Assembly (NCBI GenBank): GCA_963715295.1
Contig: CAVQRP010000012.1
Coordinates: forward strand, 17,792-81,791
Direction: 5' to 3'
DNA length: 64,000 nt
DNA from: an uncultured Chloroflexia bacterium
GTDB taxonomy: Bacteria; Chloroflexota; Limnocylindria; Limnocylindrales; CSP1-4
Shown here: one piece after another, positions 38,439 to 49,817 of the stretch
How positions within the stretch are numbered: position 1 is the stretch's first letter
Layout: each line of letters begins with the position of its first letter
Made by a program: the position numbers and the translations under genes
The notes under the pieces: model-generated
What the model was told of the DNA's origin: nothing
The model's database searches: none
The model's input: the letters and a program-made list of their open reading frames with translations, nothing else

Positions 38439-39277
38439 TAGCTGTGCGGCTCGTCGGCTGCGCCGTCCGCGTCCAGCGCCGCAGCCTCGTCCGAGACAGC
38501 GATGCCGGCGCCGTCGCCCGGCGCTCCGTAGCGCTCACCGCGAATCTTGCGCCAGAGCATGCGCAGCGGGTCGTAGTAGTCGTCGGCCACGCGTTCCTTG
38601 AGCGGGATGATGGCGTTGTCGGTGATCTTGATGTGCTCCGGGCAGACGTCCGTGCAGCACTTGTTGATGTTGCAGTAGCCGATGCCCGCGTCGTACTTGA
38701 GGTACTCCTTGCGGTCGGCGCTGTCGAGCGGGTGCATCTCGAGGCTGGCGTTGCGCACCAGGAAGCGCGGACCGATGAACTCATCCTCGGTCTCGTGGTT
38801 GCGCAGCACATGGCAGGTGTCCTGGCACAGGAAGCACTCGATGCACTTGCGGAACTCCTGGCTCCGCTCACCGTCCTCCTGCTGCCAGCGCCACTCGCTC
38901 TGCGGCACGCCCTCGGGGGGCGTGAAGGGCGTGATGCGCTTGTTGACCTCGTAGTTCCAGGAGACATCGGTGACCAGGTCGCGGACACGCGGGAACGCGC
39001 GCATGGGCTCGACGGTGATGGCTTCATCCGCGGGGAAGTCGGACAGGCGCGTCTTGCACATGAGCGACGGCCGGCCGTTGACCTCTGCCGAGCAGGAACC
39101 GCATTTGGCGGCCTTGCAGTTCCAGCGCGCAGCCAGGTCGGGCTGCACGTTCTGCTGGATCCAGTGGATGGCGTCGAGCACCACCATGCCCTCCCCCGCG
39201 GGCACGATGTACTCGAAGAACTCGCCCTCGTCGTTGCCCTCGCCGCGGTTCACCCACAGCTTCGCCTGCTCAGCCAT
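38438..39277 (-). CDS. sdhB: Succinate dehydrogenase/fumarate reductase iron-sulfur subunit
   Basis: Internal ATG (MAEQAKLWVNRG) of ORF 38438..40090. Cys clusters are CKAAKCGSCSAEVNG, CIECFLCQDTC and CCTDVCP. Confidence 0.9.
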   Translation of the reverse strand: MAEQAKLWVNRGEGNDEGEFFEYIVPAGEGMVVLDAIHWIQQNVQPDLAARWNCKAAKCGSCSAEVNGRPSLMCKTRLSDFPADEAITVEPMRAFPRVRDLVTDVSWNYEVNKRITPFTPPEGVPQSEWRWQQEDGERSQEFRKCIECFLCQDTCHVLRNHETEDEFIGPRFLVRNASLEMHPLDSADRKEYLKYDAGIGYCNINKCCTDVCPEHIKITDNAIIPLKERVADDYYDPLRMLWRKIRGERYGAPGDGAGIAVSDEAAALDADGAADEPHS

Positions 39278-39279
39278 CC

Positions 39280-41081
39280 CTAGCCCTTCGCCGCCACGAG
39301 CTCGGCCAGCTCGGCCGGCATCTCCACGATGGGCGTCCGGCGCACGGACATGCCATCGCCGTCGCGGCTGGTGCTGACGTTGACGACGTCCCATTCGTCC
39401 CGGGCGCCCACGAAGTCCAGCCGCGAGTGCGCGCCACGGCTCTCCTCGCGCTCCAGGGCGGAGCGGGCGATGGCCTCGGACACGGTGAGCATGCTGCGCA
39501 GCTCGAAGACGAGGTCCCAGGCCGGGTTGAAGCGTCGCGGCCCGGTGACGCGCAACCCCGCCCAGCGCTCCTTGTAGCCCTCGATGCGTTCGATGGCCTC
39601 CTCCAGGTCGCCCTGCAGGCGGAAGATGCCGACCAGCGAGGACATCGTCGCCTGCAATTCTTCGTGCAGTCGGTTGGGATCCTCCCCGACGCACGCTCGA
39701 AGGGCGCGAACATGGCCTCGACCAATTCGTCCACGAACTGCTTCGAGAACTCCCCGACCGACGGGGCCGATGCTGCCGCTGCAGCGGCGGCCTCACCCGC
39801 GCGCCGCCCGAAGACGAGCAGGTCGGTGAGCGAGTTGCCGCCGAGGCGGTTGGAGCCATGCAGGCCGGCCGCCACCTCGCCCGCCGCGTACAGGCCCGGC
39901 GTGGTCGTCTCGCCACCCTCGGCTGCGACGCGCACCCCGCCCATGATGTAGTGCATCGTGGGCCCGACCTCCATGGGCCCGGCCGTGATATCGACGTCGG
40001 CGAGCTCCTTGAACTGCTCATACATCGAGGGCAGCTTGGCGCGCACGCGCTCGGCCGGCAGGTAGCTGATGTCGAGGAAGACGCCACCATGGGGCGAGCC
40101 GCGGCCCTCCTTGACCTCGGTGTAGATGGCGCGGGCCACGTTGTCGCGCGTGGACAGCTCGGGCGGGCGGCGATGGCTGCTCTGTCGGCCTTCGGTCAAG
40201 TCGTCGACCCAGGCGCGTGCCTCCTCGTCGGTAGCGGCGTACTCGTGCCGCCGAGCCTCCGGCAGGTAGTTCCACATGAAGCGCTCGCCCTCGGCGTTGC
40301 GCAGGATGCCACCCTCACCGCGGACCGCCTCGGTCACCAGCAGGCCCTTGACGCCGGCGGGATGGACCATGCCGGTGGGGTGGAACTGCACGAATTCCAT
40401 GTCGATGAGCTCGGCGCCGGCGCGGTAGGCCAGCGCCTGGCCGTCACCGGACGACTCCCACGAGTTGGAGGTGACCGCGAAGGCCCGGCCGACGCCGCCC
40501 GAGGCGAGGACCACGGCCTTGGCCGGGAAGGCCATGGGCACGCCGTCGATGCGCCGGTAGCCGACCGCGCCGTTGACCCGGCCGCCAGCCATCGAGAGGC
40601 GGGTGATGATGACCTCCTGGTAGACCTGGGCGCCCACGGCCACACTGCGGTCCTGCAGGGTGCGGATGAGCTCCAGGCCGGTGCGGTCGCCGACGTGCGC
40701 GAGGCGTGGGTAGGTGTGGCCGCCGAACGGCCGCTGCAGGATGCGGCCGTCGCGCGTGCGGTCGAAGACGGCGCCCCACTGCTCCAGCTCGCGCACGCGG
40801 TCGGGTGCTTCCCTCGCGTGAAGCTCCGCCATGCGCGGGTTGTTGAGCCGGTAGCCGCCGACCATCGTGTCGCGGAAGTGGGTGGACCAGGTGTCGCGAT
40901 CGTCGACATGCGCCAGCGACGCTGCCATGCCGCCCTCGGCCATGACCGTGTGCGCCTTGCCCAGCAACGACTTGCAGACGACACCCACCGACAGGCCGGC
41001 CTCGATGCAGGCCACCGCGGCACGCAGTCCGGCTCCGCCGGCGCCGATGATGAGGACGTCGTGAGGCCGGGTCTCGATCAT
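39280..41081 (-). pseudogene. sdhA: Succinate dehydrogenase/fumarate reductase flavoprotein subunit, frame disrupted as sequenced by one missing base
   Basis: HDVLIIGAGGAGLRAA, FVQFHPTG and SNRLGGNSL lie in ORF 39270..41081 up to ...FAPFERASG. The genuine C-terminus (EDPNRLHEELQATMSSLVGIFR...ESRGAHSR...) lies in the frame of ORF 39280..39657. The shift is at the C4 run 39684-39687. Confidence 0.9.
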
Positions 41082-41085
41082 GGGT

Positions 41086-41925
41086 CTACAGGAAGCTCCC
41101 GATGATCGGCGTGCCGGCGTTGATGATGTCCAGCGCCAGGGCGCGGACGTACAGGTCCACGAGGATGATGCTGCCCAGGCTGGCCCAGGCCCACACCCCG
41201 TGGTACTGGTTCCAGGCAGTCACGCGCTGCCAGATGCCGTGCCGGCGCCTGCTGTTGGCGGTGCAGCTGAAGCAGTCCATGCCACCGCCGACGAGGTGCC
41301 GGAACGAGTGGCAGGAGAAGACGTAGAGGCTGACGAGGATGGCGTCCGCCGCGATGAGGAAGACGCCGATGCCGAGGCGCAGGCTGCCGTCATGCCACAG
41401 CGACAGGACCAGGTCCCACCACAGCACCGCCAGCGGGATGAAGGCAAGGTACAGCGCGAACCGGTGCAGGTTCATGATGATGAAGGGGAAGCGGTTCTCC
41501 ATACCGTACTTGCGGTGGATGGTGGGCTCGCCCACCGCGCAGGCCGGCGGATCCATGAAGAAGGCCTTGTAGTAGGCGCCGCGGAAGTAGTAGCAGGTGC
41601 CACGGAAGAAGACCTGGATCCAGAGCACCAGGATGGCGGGGCTGAACCAGGCCGGCAGGACCGTTTCGCCGATGGCGATACCGAAGAACGGGGAGTGGTA
41701 GCCCTGCGCCGCGTAGTCGACCCCGAAGTAGGGGATGCCGAAGACCGCCGATATGCCCGCGTAGATGATGAAGGCGATCAGGCCGAAGGCGATCAGGCTG
41801 GGCTTGATGATCCAGCGGTCGACCCGCATGGTGGCCCCGAAGCCGCTCCTGGCGCTACCGGGCGGCTTGGTCGCCGGCCGTGGCTCGACCCGGCGACCCT
41901 GCTCGACCTGATCGGAGACGGTCAT
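41086..41925 (-). CDS. Succinate dehydrogenase/fumarate reductase membrane anchor (cytochrome b-type, multi-TM)
   Basis: 279 aa with 5-6 predicted TM helices and conserved-looking His residues (HRFALY, HSFRHL). It sits directly upstream of sdhA. Confidence 0.75.
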   Translation of the reverse strand: MTVSDQVEQGRRVEPRPATKPPGSARSGFGATMRVDRWIIKPSLIAFGLIAFIIYAGISAVFGIPYFGVDYAAQGYHSPFFGIAIGETVLPAWFSPAILVLWIQVFFRGTCYYFRGAYYKAFFMDPPACAVGEPTIHRKYGMENRFPFIIMNLHRFALYLAFIPLAVLWWDLVLSLWHDGSLRLGIGVFLIAADAILVSLYVFSCHSFRHLVGGGMDCFSCTANSRRRHGIWQRVTAWNQYHGVWAWASLGSIILVDLYVRALALDIINAGTPIIGSFL

Positions 41926-42125
41926 GGACGGCGAGACTCGAGCGGCGGCAGCACGGACTTCATCGAGACGCTTCGATCCCCTGACGTGGTGTCGGTGGAG
42001 TGGGCGGGCGGCTGCGGCCTAATGTATCGCATCGACGCGACCCCCAACGCCCACGACGGCCCCGGTTTGACCGGACATGCGCTCCTCACGCTCACCGAGG
42101 CACCGCGCTATCCTAAATCTCGACC

Positions 42126-43301
42126 GTGAAACTCCAGGAATTCCACGCCAAGTCCCTGCTCTCCCGGGCCGGCCTGCCGGTGCCGCCGTACTCGGTGGCC
42201 TCGACGCCGGCGGAGGCGCGTGCCCAGGCTGCCTGGTACCTCGAGGAGGGGGCCAGCGCGGTGGTGGTGAAGGCCCAGGTGCTGGTCGGCGGCCGCGGCA
42301 AGGCCGGCGGCGTGAAGCTGGCGCGTTCGGCCGACGAGGCCGAGCAGGTGGCCGGGGCCATCCTGGGGATGGACATCAAGGGCATCACCGTGCGACGGGT
42401 GCTGGTCGCTCCGGGCGCGGACATCGTGCGCGAGCTCTATCTTGCGGCCGTCCTCGACCGCGCTCGGCAACGCATCATGCTGATGGGCTCGTCCGAAGGC
42501 GGCGTCGAGATCGAGACACTGGCCGAGGAGGACCCGGCTGCGATCGCCAAGATCCATGCCCACGCACAGCTCGGTCTGCAGCCGTTCCAGGCGCGCGAGA
42601 TGGCGTTCCGCCTGGGCCTCGGCGACCACCTCAAGCAGGCTGCCGCCATCTGCACCGGCCTGGTCAAGGTGATGATCGATGAGGATGCCGACCTGGTCGA
42701 GGTCAACCCGCTGGCGGTGGTGCGCGAAGGTGGCCCCGACGGACCCGTGGAGACCCTGCAGCTGCTCGACGCCAAGATCACGCTCGACGACTCTGCCCTC
42801 GGCCGCCACCCCGGCCACGAGGAGATGCGTGACCTCGACGAAGAGGACCCGGCCGATATCGAAGCTCGCGCTGCCGGGCTCTCGTTCATCCGTCTCGACG
42901 GTGACATCGGCTGCATGGTGAACGGTGCCGGCCTGGCCATGACCACCATGGATCTCGTCAAGCGCGCCGGCGGCGAGCCGGCCAACTTCCTCGACATCGG
43001 GGGCGGCGCCCGTAGCGACAAGGTCGCCGAGGCCATGCGCCTCATCCTCAGCGATCAGTCGGTCAAGGCCATCCTGGTCAACATCTTCGGCGGTATCGCG
43101 CGTGGCGACGAGGTCGCCCGTGGCCTGGTCGAGGCGCGATCCAGGCAGACCCGTAGCGTGCCCATGGTGGTGCGCATCGTCGGCACCAACGCCGGCATCG
43201 CCGCCGAGATCCTGCGGGACGCGGGCGGCGACATCGTCCATGCCCAGTCGCTCGACGAGGCGGTCGAGAAGGCCGTGGAGCTGGCCGGGAGTGCCGCATG
43301 A
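42126..43301 (+). CDS. sucC: Succinate--CoA ligase (ADP-forming) beta subunit
   Basis: [12 protein letters not shown]... and [19 protein letters not shown] start. Confidence 0.95.
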   Translation: MKLQEFHAKSLLSRAGLPVPPYSVASTPAEARAQAAWYLEEGASAVVVKAQVLVGGRGKAGGVKLARSADEAEQVAGAILGMDIKGITVRRVLVAPGADIVRELYLAAVLDRARQRIMLMGSSEGGVEIETLAEEDPAAIAKIHAHAQLGLQPFQAREMAFRLGLGDHLKQAAAICTGLVKVMIDEDADLVEVNPLAVVREGGPDGPVETLQLLDAKITLDDSALGRHPGHEEMRDLDEEDPADIEARAAGLSFIRLDGDIGCMVNGAGLAMTTMDLVKRAGGEPANFLDIGGGARSDKVAEAMRLILSDQSVKAILVNIFGGIARGDEVARGLVEARSRQTRSVPMVVRIVGTNAGIAAEILRDAGGDIVHAQSLDEAVEKAVELAGSAA

Positions 43302-44185
43302 GCATCCTCATCGACAAGGACACGCGTCTGCTGGTGCAGGGCATCACCGGCCGCGAGGGCGGCTTCCATGCCGGCCAGATGCTGGCCTACGGCACCAACA
43401 TCGTGGCCGGGGTGACCCCCAACAAGGGCGGCCAGACCGCGCTTGACGGCGCCGTGCCCGTCTACGACACCTGCGCCCAGGCGGTGGCCGCGACCGGCGC
43501 CAATGCCAGCGTCATCTTCGTGCCCGCCTTCGCCGCTCCCGACGCCATCATGGAATCGGTCGACGCCGGCATCGAGACCATCTTCGCCATCACCGAGCAT
43601 ATCCCCGCCCTGGACATGATCCCCGTCGTGGCGGAGGTCAAGGCACGCGGCGCGCGCCTCGTCGGCCCCAACTGCCCCGGCGCCACCACGCCGGGCGAGG
43701 CCAAGGTGGGCATCATCCCGGGATCCATCCACCGGCCCGGACGTGTCGGCCTCGTCAGCCGCTCCGGCACGCTCACGTATGAGGTCGTGCAGGCCATGAC
43801 CGACACCAACATCGGCCAGTCCACCTGCGTGGGCATCGGTGGCGATCCGATCAACGGCAGCAACTTCATCGACATCCTGGAGCTCTTCGCAGCGGACCCC
43901 GATACCGACGCCGTCGTGCTCATCGGCGAGATCGGTGGGGGTGCCGAGGAAGCCGCGGCCGAATGGAAGCTGGCCCACATGCCCCAGACGCCGATGGTGG
44001 CCTTCATCGCCGGCCGCACCGCGCCGCCAGGTCGCAGGATGGGTCATGCCGGCGCCATCATCAGCGGTTCCGGCGGTACCGCGGACGCGAAGATCGGCGC
44101 CCTGGAGGCGGCCGGCATCCGGGTCGCCGAGTCACCCACCCAGATCCCGCAGATGCTCATCGAGTCCGGCATCGGGCCCGACTGA
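43298..44185 (+). CDS. sucD: Succinate--CoA ligase alpha subunit
   Basis: Phosphohistidine loop [15 protein letters not shown] overlap with sucC. Confidence 0.95.
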   Translation: MSILIDKDTRLLVQGITGREGGFHAGQMLAYGTNIVAGVTPNKGGQTALDGAVPVYDTCAQAVAATGANASVIFVPAFAAPDAIMESVDAGIETIFAITEHIPALDMIPVVAEVKARGARLVGPNCPGATTPGEAKVGIIPGSIHRPGRVGLVSRSGTLTYEVVQAMTDTNIGQSTCVGIGGDPINGSNFIDILELFAADPDTDAVVLIGEIGGGAEEAAAEWKLAHMPQTPMVAFIAGRTAPPGRRMGHAGAIISGSGGTADAKIGALEAAGIRVAESPTQIPQMLIESGIGPD

Positions 44186-45793
44186 CCCGCGGCCGCGCTC
44201 GAGCGCGGCACCCGCAGCCAGCGGCACGCCTGCCGTTGGATCCGGCAGCTCCTGGGCGCCCGCCCCCTCGTCCGCGCGTGCCTGCCTGGGCGCCAACACG
44301 GCGACCGCGACCGCGGTCACCAGCAGGATCACCGCTGCCACCAGCACCGCGTCGCCAACACCACCCACGAAGGCCTCACGCGCCTGCAGCACGAGCCGAT
44401 CGCCGACGTCGCCCATCATCCCCACCAGCGGCGAGGCGGTGAAGGCGATGGAGCCCAGGACGCGCTCGGCCAGCTGCGGTGGCAGGTCCGTCACCGCCTG
44501 CGCCATGCCCTCGCGATAGCCCTGGTTGAGCAGGCTGCCCAGGATGGCGATGCCGAAGGCGCTGCCGAGCTCGCGCGACGTGTCGTTCCAGGCCGACGCC
44601 ACGCCCTGCTTGGACATCGGCAGCGACGAGGTGATGGCCGTCGTCGCCGGCGTGCCCGCGAGCCCCATGCCGAAGCCGAAGAAGACGAGCCCCAGCACGA
44701 AGTGCCAGTAGCTCGACTCGACGCCCAGCTGGCTCAGGATGAGGAAGCCCACCGCCATCGAGACGAGGCCGAGGGGGCCCAGGCGTCGAAATCCGACACG
44801 CTGCATCAGGGCCGGGGCACGGCGCGCGGTCGGCAGCAGGATGAACGGCAGCGGCAGCAGCGCCAGCGCCGCCTCCAGTGGCGAGCGGCCGGTGACGAAC
44901 TGCAGGTACTGCAGCGATACGAAGAAGAAGCCGAAGGCCGAGAGGAACTGCACGGTGATCGTCAGGCTGCCCGCGCTGAACCCGCGCAGGCGGAAGAGAC
45001 GCGGGTCCAGCAGCGGCTTCTCCTGACGCCACTCCCAGGCGATGAAGGCGATGCCCGCCGCGACACCGAGCCCGAGCGCCCCGAGCGTGAGCGGGTCGCT
45101 CCAGCCCTGGGATGGGCCCTCGATGATGCCGAACACGAAGGCCGTGATGGCAACCAGTGACAGCAGCGCTCCGACGACATCGAGCGCGGGCGGATCCTCG
45201 TCGACCGAGCCGGGCACGATCGCCAGCGTGCCGATGAGCGCGACGGCCGCGAAGACCACGTTGAGGCCGAAGAACGAGGTCCAGGGGAACCACTCGAGCA
45301 GCAGACCGGTGACGAAGAGGCCGATGACGGCGCCGCCGCCGGCGATGCCGACCCACACGCCGATGGCACGGGGTCGCTCCTCTTCGGGGAACGAGGTGGT
45401 GATGACCGACAGCGTCGTGGGCATGATCGCGGCCGCGCCGACACCCATGAGCACGCGCACCACGATGAGCTGCTCGGGATCGGTGACCAACAGGCCCAGC
45501 GCAGCGGCACTCCCGAAGATCACCAGGCCGATCGCCAGCAGCAGCTTGCGACCATAGCGGTCGCCGAGTGCGCCGGCGAACAGCAGCAGGCCGGCGAAGA
45601 CGACCGTGTAGGCGTCCACGATCCAGGTCAACTGCGTCTGGGTCGCGCCGGTGTCGAGGGCAAGGCTGGGCAGGGCCACGTTGAGGCCGCTGACCGCCGA
45701 GATCACAGCCATCAGGGCCAGGCCGACGACGGCCAGCAGGAGCCTGCGGCGTCCGGGCGTCAGCATCTCCGCGGGCGTGGTGGGTTGGGCCAT
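44132..45793 (-). CDS. MFS transporter, DHA2 (EmrB/QacA-like, 14-TM) drug:proton antiporter family
   Basis: [19 protein letters not shown] and many TM segments. The start is taken at the ATG at 45793, preceded by GGAG. The track ORF starts at 45814. Confidence 0.85.
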   Translation of the reverse strand: MAQPTTPAEMLTPGRRRLLLAVVGLALMAVISAVSGLNVALPSLALDTGATQTQLTWIVDAYTVVFAGLLLFAGALGDRYGRKLLLAIGLVIFGSAAALGLLVTDPEQLIVVRVLMGVGAAAIMPTTLSVITTSFPEEERPRAIGVWVGIAGGGAVIGLFVTGLLLEWFPWTSFFGLNVVFAAVALIGTLAIVPGSVDEDPPALDVVGALLSLVAITAFVFGIIEGPSQGWSDPLTLGALGLGVAAGIAFIAWEWRQEKPLLDPRLFRLRGFSAGSLTITVQFLSAFGFFFVSLQYLQFVTGRSPLEAALALLPLPFILLPTARRAPALMQRVGFRRLGPLGLVSMAVGFLILSQLGVESSYWHFVLGLVFFGFGMGLAGTPATTAITSSLPMSKQGVASAWNDTSRELGSAFGIAILGSLLNQGYREGMAQAVTDLPPQLAERVLGSIAFTASPLVGMMGDVGDRLVLQAREAFVGGVGDAVLVAAVILLVTAVAVAVLAPRQARADEGAGAQELPDPTAGVPLAAGAALERGRGSVGPDAGLDEHLRDLGG

Positions 45794-45817
45794 CGTCGTG
45801 ATCTCCATGCTCATTTA

Positions 45818-45833
45818 TTCGTCGGTCGACGAA
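45818..45833. promoter_or_regulatory. Perfect inverted repeat TTCGTCG-gt-CGACGAA in the MFS/TetR divergent region (candidate TetR operator)
   Basis: 16-bp palindrome inside an unusually AT-rich 90-bp intergenic region between divergent genes. Confidence 0.5.
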
Positions 45834-45883
45834 ATGATATTCTTCACTCGGAGAAATCGCAAGGACGAAACGCCAGGGGGCTC

Positions 45884-46532
45884 ATGAGCGCACATCCTCG
45901 AGGACGACGACCGGCCGGCAGCGGCACACGGGAGGCCATCCTCGACGCCGCGAGGAACCAGTTCGGTCGAACCGGGTATGAGCACACGACGCTTGCGCAG
46001 CGTGGCCGCCGAGGCAGGGGTCGACCCCCGCCTCGTATCGCACTACTACGGCTCCAAGCAGGAGCTGTTCATGGCGTCGGTCCAGCTGCCGATGGAACCC
46101 GAGATGCTGCTGGCGCGCGTCTTCGGCACGCAGGAGACGAAGGCCGAGGGCGCCGGGGCGTTGGTGGCCGACGCCCTCCTGGGGATCCTCGACGATGCCG
46201 ACACGCGGCGGATGGCGGTGGCCCTCATCCGGGCTGCGGCCTCGGAACCGGAGGCCGCAGGGCTCATCCGTGAGGTGCTGACCGAGCGTGTCCTGCTACC
46301 GCTGGCAGACCGGGTCGTCAGCGACCAGCCGCGCCTGCGCGCAAGCTTGTGTGCCTCGCAGTTCGTGGGCCTGGCGATGGCGCGCTACGTGGTGGGCATC
46401 GAGCCGCTCGCATCGACGTCGCGGGAGCAGCTGGCGCGGGCGCTCGCGCCGGTGTTCGAGCACTACCTCTTCGGCGACTTGACCGTTGTCGTGCCAGCAG
46501 AGGATCAGCCGGCCAGCGGGTCGCCCTCGTAG
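45884..46532 (+). pseudogene. TetR/AcrR family regulator, frame disrupted as sequenced by one extra base in the HTH region
   Basis: The N-terminus MSAHPRGRRPAGSGTREAILDAARNQFGRTGYEHTTL is in the frame of ORF 45785..46273. The continuation RSVAAEAGVDPRLVSHYYGSKQELF... is in ORF 45978..46532. The junction is ctt-G-cgc at 45995. Confidence 0.85.
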
Positions 46533-46975
46533 CCCAGGCGGTCCCAGGCCGGACCCCCGGGTGCCTCGATCAGCTCCGTCAGCACCCCGTTGCAGGCGCG
46601 CGGGTGGATGAAGGCGACGGGGCCCTCGGCGCCCTTGCGCGCCCGCTCGTCGATGATCTCGACGCCCCTGGACTTGAGATCCGCGAGCGTGGCGTCGACG
46701 TCAGGTGTTTCGAAGCAGACGTGGTGGAAGCCCTCCCCCTTCTTGTCGAGGAAGCGGGCCACGCCGGTCGTGGTCGTGGTCGGCTGCACCAGCTCGATCT
46801 TGGTCTCGCCGATCTCGAGGAAGGCGACGATGACCTCGTCCGACTCGATGGGCAGCACCAGCCCGACCGGCAGACCAAGGGTGTCGCGGTAGAAGGCCAA
46901 CGAGGTATCGATGTCACGCACGATGTAGGCGACGTGGTGAACCCGGCTGAACGTGCGTCCGACGACCTCGACCAT
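46505..46975 (-). CDS. mce: Methylmalonyl-CoA epimerase (VOC/glyoxalase fold)
   Basis: VHHVAYIVRDID...GEGFHHVCFETPDVDATL...GVLTELIE, with the metal-ligand H/E pattern of MCE. Confidence 0.85.
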   Translation of the reverse strand: MVEVVGRTFSRVHHVAYIVRDIDTSLAFYRDTLGLPVGLVLPIESDEVIVAFLEIGETKIELVQPTTTTTGVARFLDKKGEGFHHVCFETPDVDATLADLKSRGVEIIDERARKGAEGPVAFIHPRACNGVLTELIEAPGGPAWDRLGYEGDPLAG

Positions 46976-47013
46976 GTTCCCTCCGCTGTGTGGCGCGCGG
47001 CGCCGGATGGCGA

Positions 47014-48675
<1,662 letters not shown>

Positions 48676-48866
48676 CTGTACCTCTGCTCAAGGGAGCTCC
48701 CCGGCGAGCTCGTCAGCCGTGACCGGACGACGGTATCACCCTCTGCGGGCCGCAGCCCGACCACGGGCCGGCCGGCTCCCGATCGCGAGCACCGGCAGGC
48801 CCTCGGAGCAGCCGTGACATGACCATCGGCTCTTGGGTGGTGTCGGCGACGCCCCATCATCGACAC

Positions 48867-49331
48867 ATGAGCACCGCGATATCCGGCAAGGAACGCGTAG
48901 GGCTGTGGCTGCACCGGACCCTCGACAGACGCTGCAGTCGGATGAGCGTCGCGGTCTTCCGCCGGACCGACGGCGGCATCACCGAGCGGGTCGGTGTCGA
49001 TGGTCTGGTCCTCAGCACCATCGGCCGCAATAGCGGCCAACGGCGCTCCGTGCTGCTGCAGTACTTCGCCGACGGCGATGACCTGGTCCTGGTGGCGGCT
49101 GATGGCGGCGCAGATCGCCATCCCGGCTGGTATCACAACCTCATGGCACAGCCGTCAGCGGAGGTCGAGATCCGCGCTACCACCATCGCGGTACGCGCGG
49201 TCAGTGTCAGCGCTGCGGAAGCTGAGGCACTGTGGCCACGGATCCTCGAGAAGTCGCCATCGTACGAGCGCTACCTCCGTGCCACCGAGCGGACCATCCC
49301 GCTCGTCAGGCTCCGGCGTGAGACGCCCTGA
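48867..49331 (+). CDS. Deazaflavin (F420)-dependent nitroreductase family protein (DDN-like)
   Basis: HPGWYHNLMAQP motif and small beta-barrel size. Internal ATG of ORF 48819..49331. Confidence 0.8.
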   Translation: MSTAISGKERVGLWLHRTLDRRCSRMSVAVFRRTDGGITERVGVDGLVLSTIGRNSGQRRSVLLQYFADGDDLVLVAADGGADRHPGWYHNLMAQPSAEVEIRATTIAVRAVSVSAAEAEALWPRILEKSPSYERYLRATERTIPLVRLRRETP

Positions 49332-49334
49332 GCC

Positions 49335-49817
49335 CTAGCGCAACCGCAGGAGCTCGTCCCTGAGCTCGACGCTGCTGCCGGCGGTTACCCGGATCGAGGC
49401 GACAGTACCGGCATGTGGCGCGCGCACCTCGTTCTCCATCTTCATGGCCTCGATGGCGAGCAGGCGCTGCCCGGCCTCGACGGTATCGCCCTCGGCCACC
49501 CAGAGCCGGACGACGCGTCCGGGAATCTGAGCCTTGATGACATCGCTTCTGCGCTGTGTGCCGCGCTCGTTGCCCTGCCCCGCGCGCTCACGCAGCAGCG
49601 CCCGTGGCTCATCCTCGACGCTCACCCGGAAGACCCAGCCATCGACGCTGACCTCGAAGCGGGTGACGCCGCTGGCACGGTCGGCGGCGGAGCGCTCCAG
49701 CGTGCGCACCTCGAGTGCCGCGCCGGTGGATGGGACGGCCTCTTCCGGGGCGCGGTGGAATGTCGCACCCTCCAGGCCCTCGACATCGAGGCGTAGATGG
49801 CCGCGGTGGTCGCTCAT
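49335..49817 (-). CDS. Biotin carboxyl carrier protein domain protein
   Basis: Biotinyl-lysine motif LLAIEAMKMENEV. The ATG overlaps the biotin carboxylase stop (ATGA). Confidence 0.85.
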   Translation of the reverse strand: MSDHRGHLRLDVEGLEGATFHRAPEEAVPSTGAALEVRTLERSAADRASGVTRFEVSVDGWVFRVSVEDEPRALLRERAGQGNERGTQRRSDVIKAQIPGRVVRLWVAEGDTVEAGQRLLAIEAMKMENEVRAPHAGTVASIRVTAGSSVELRDELLRLR

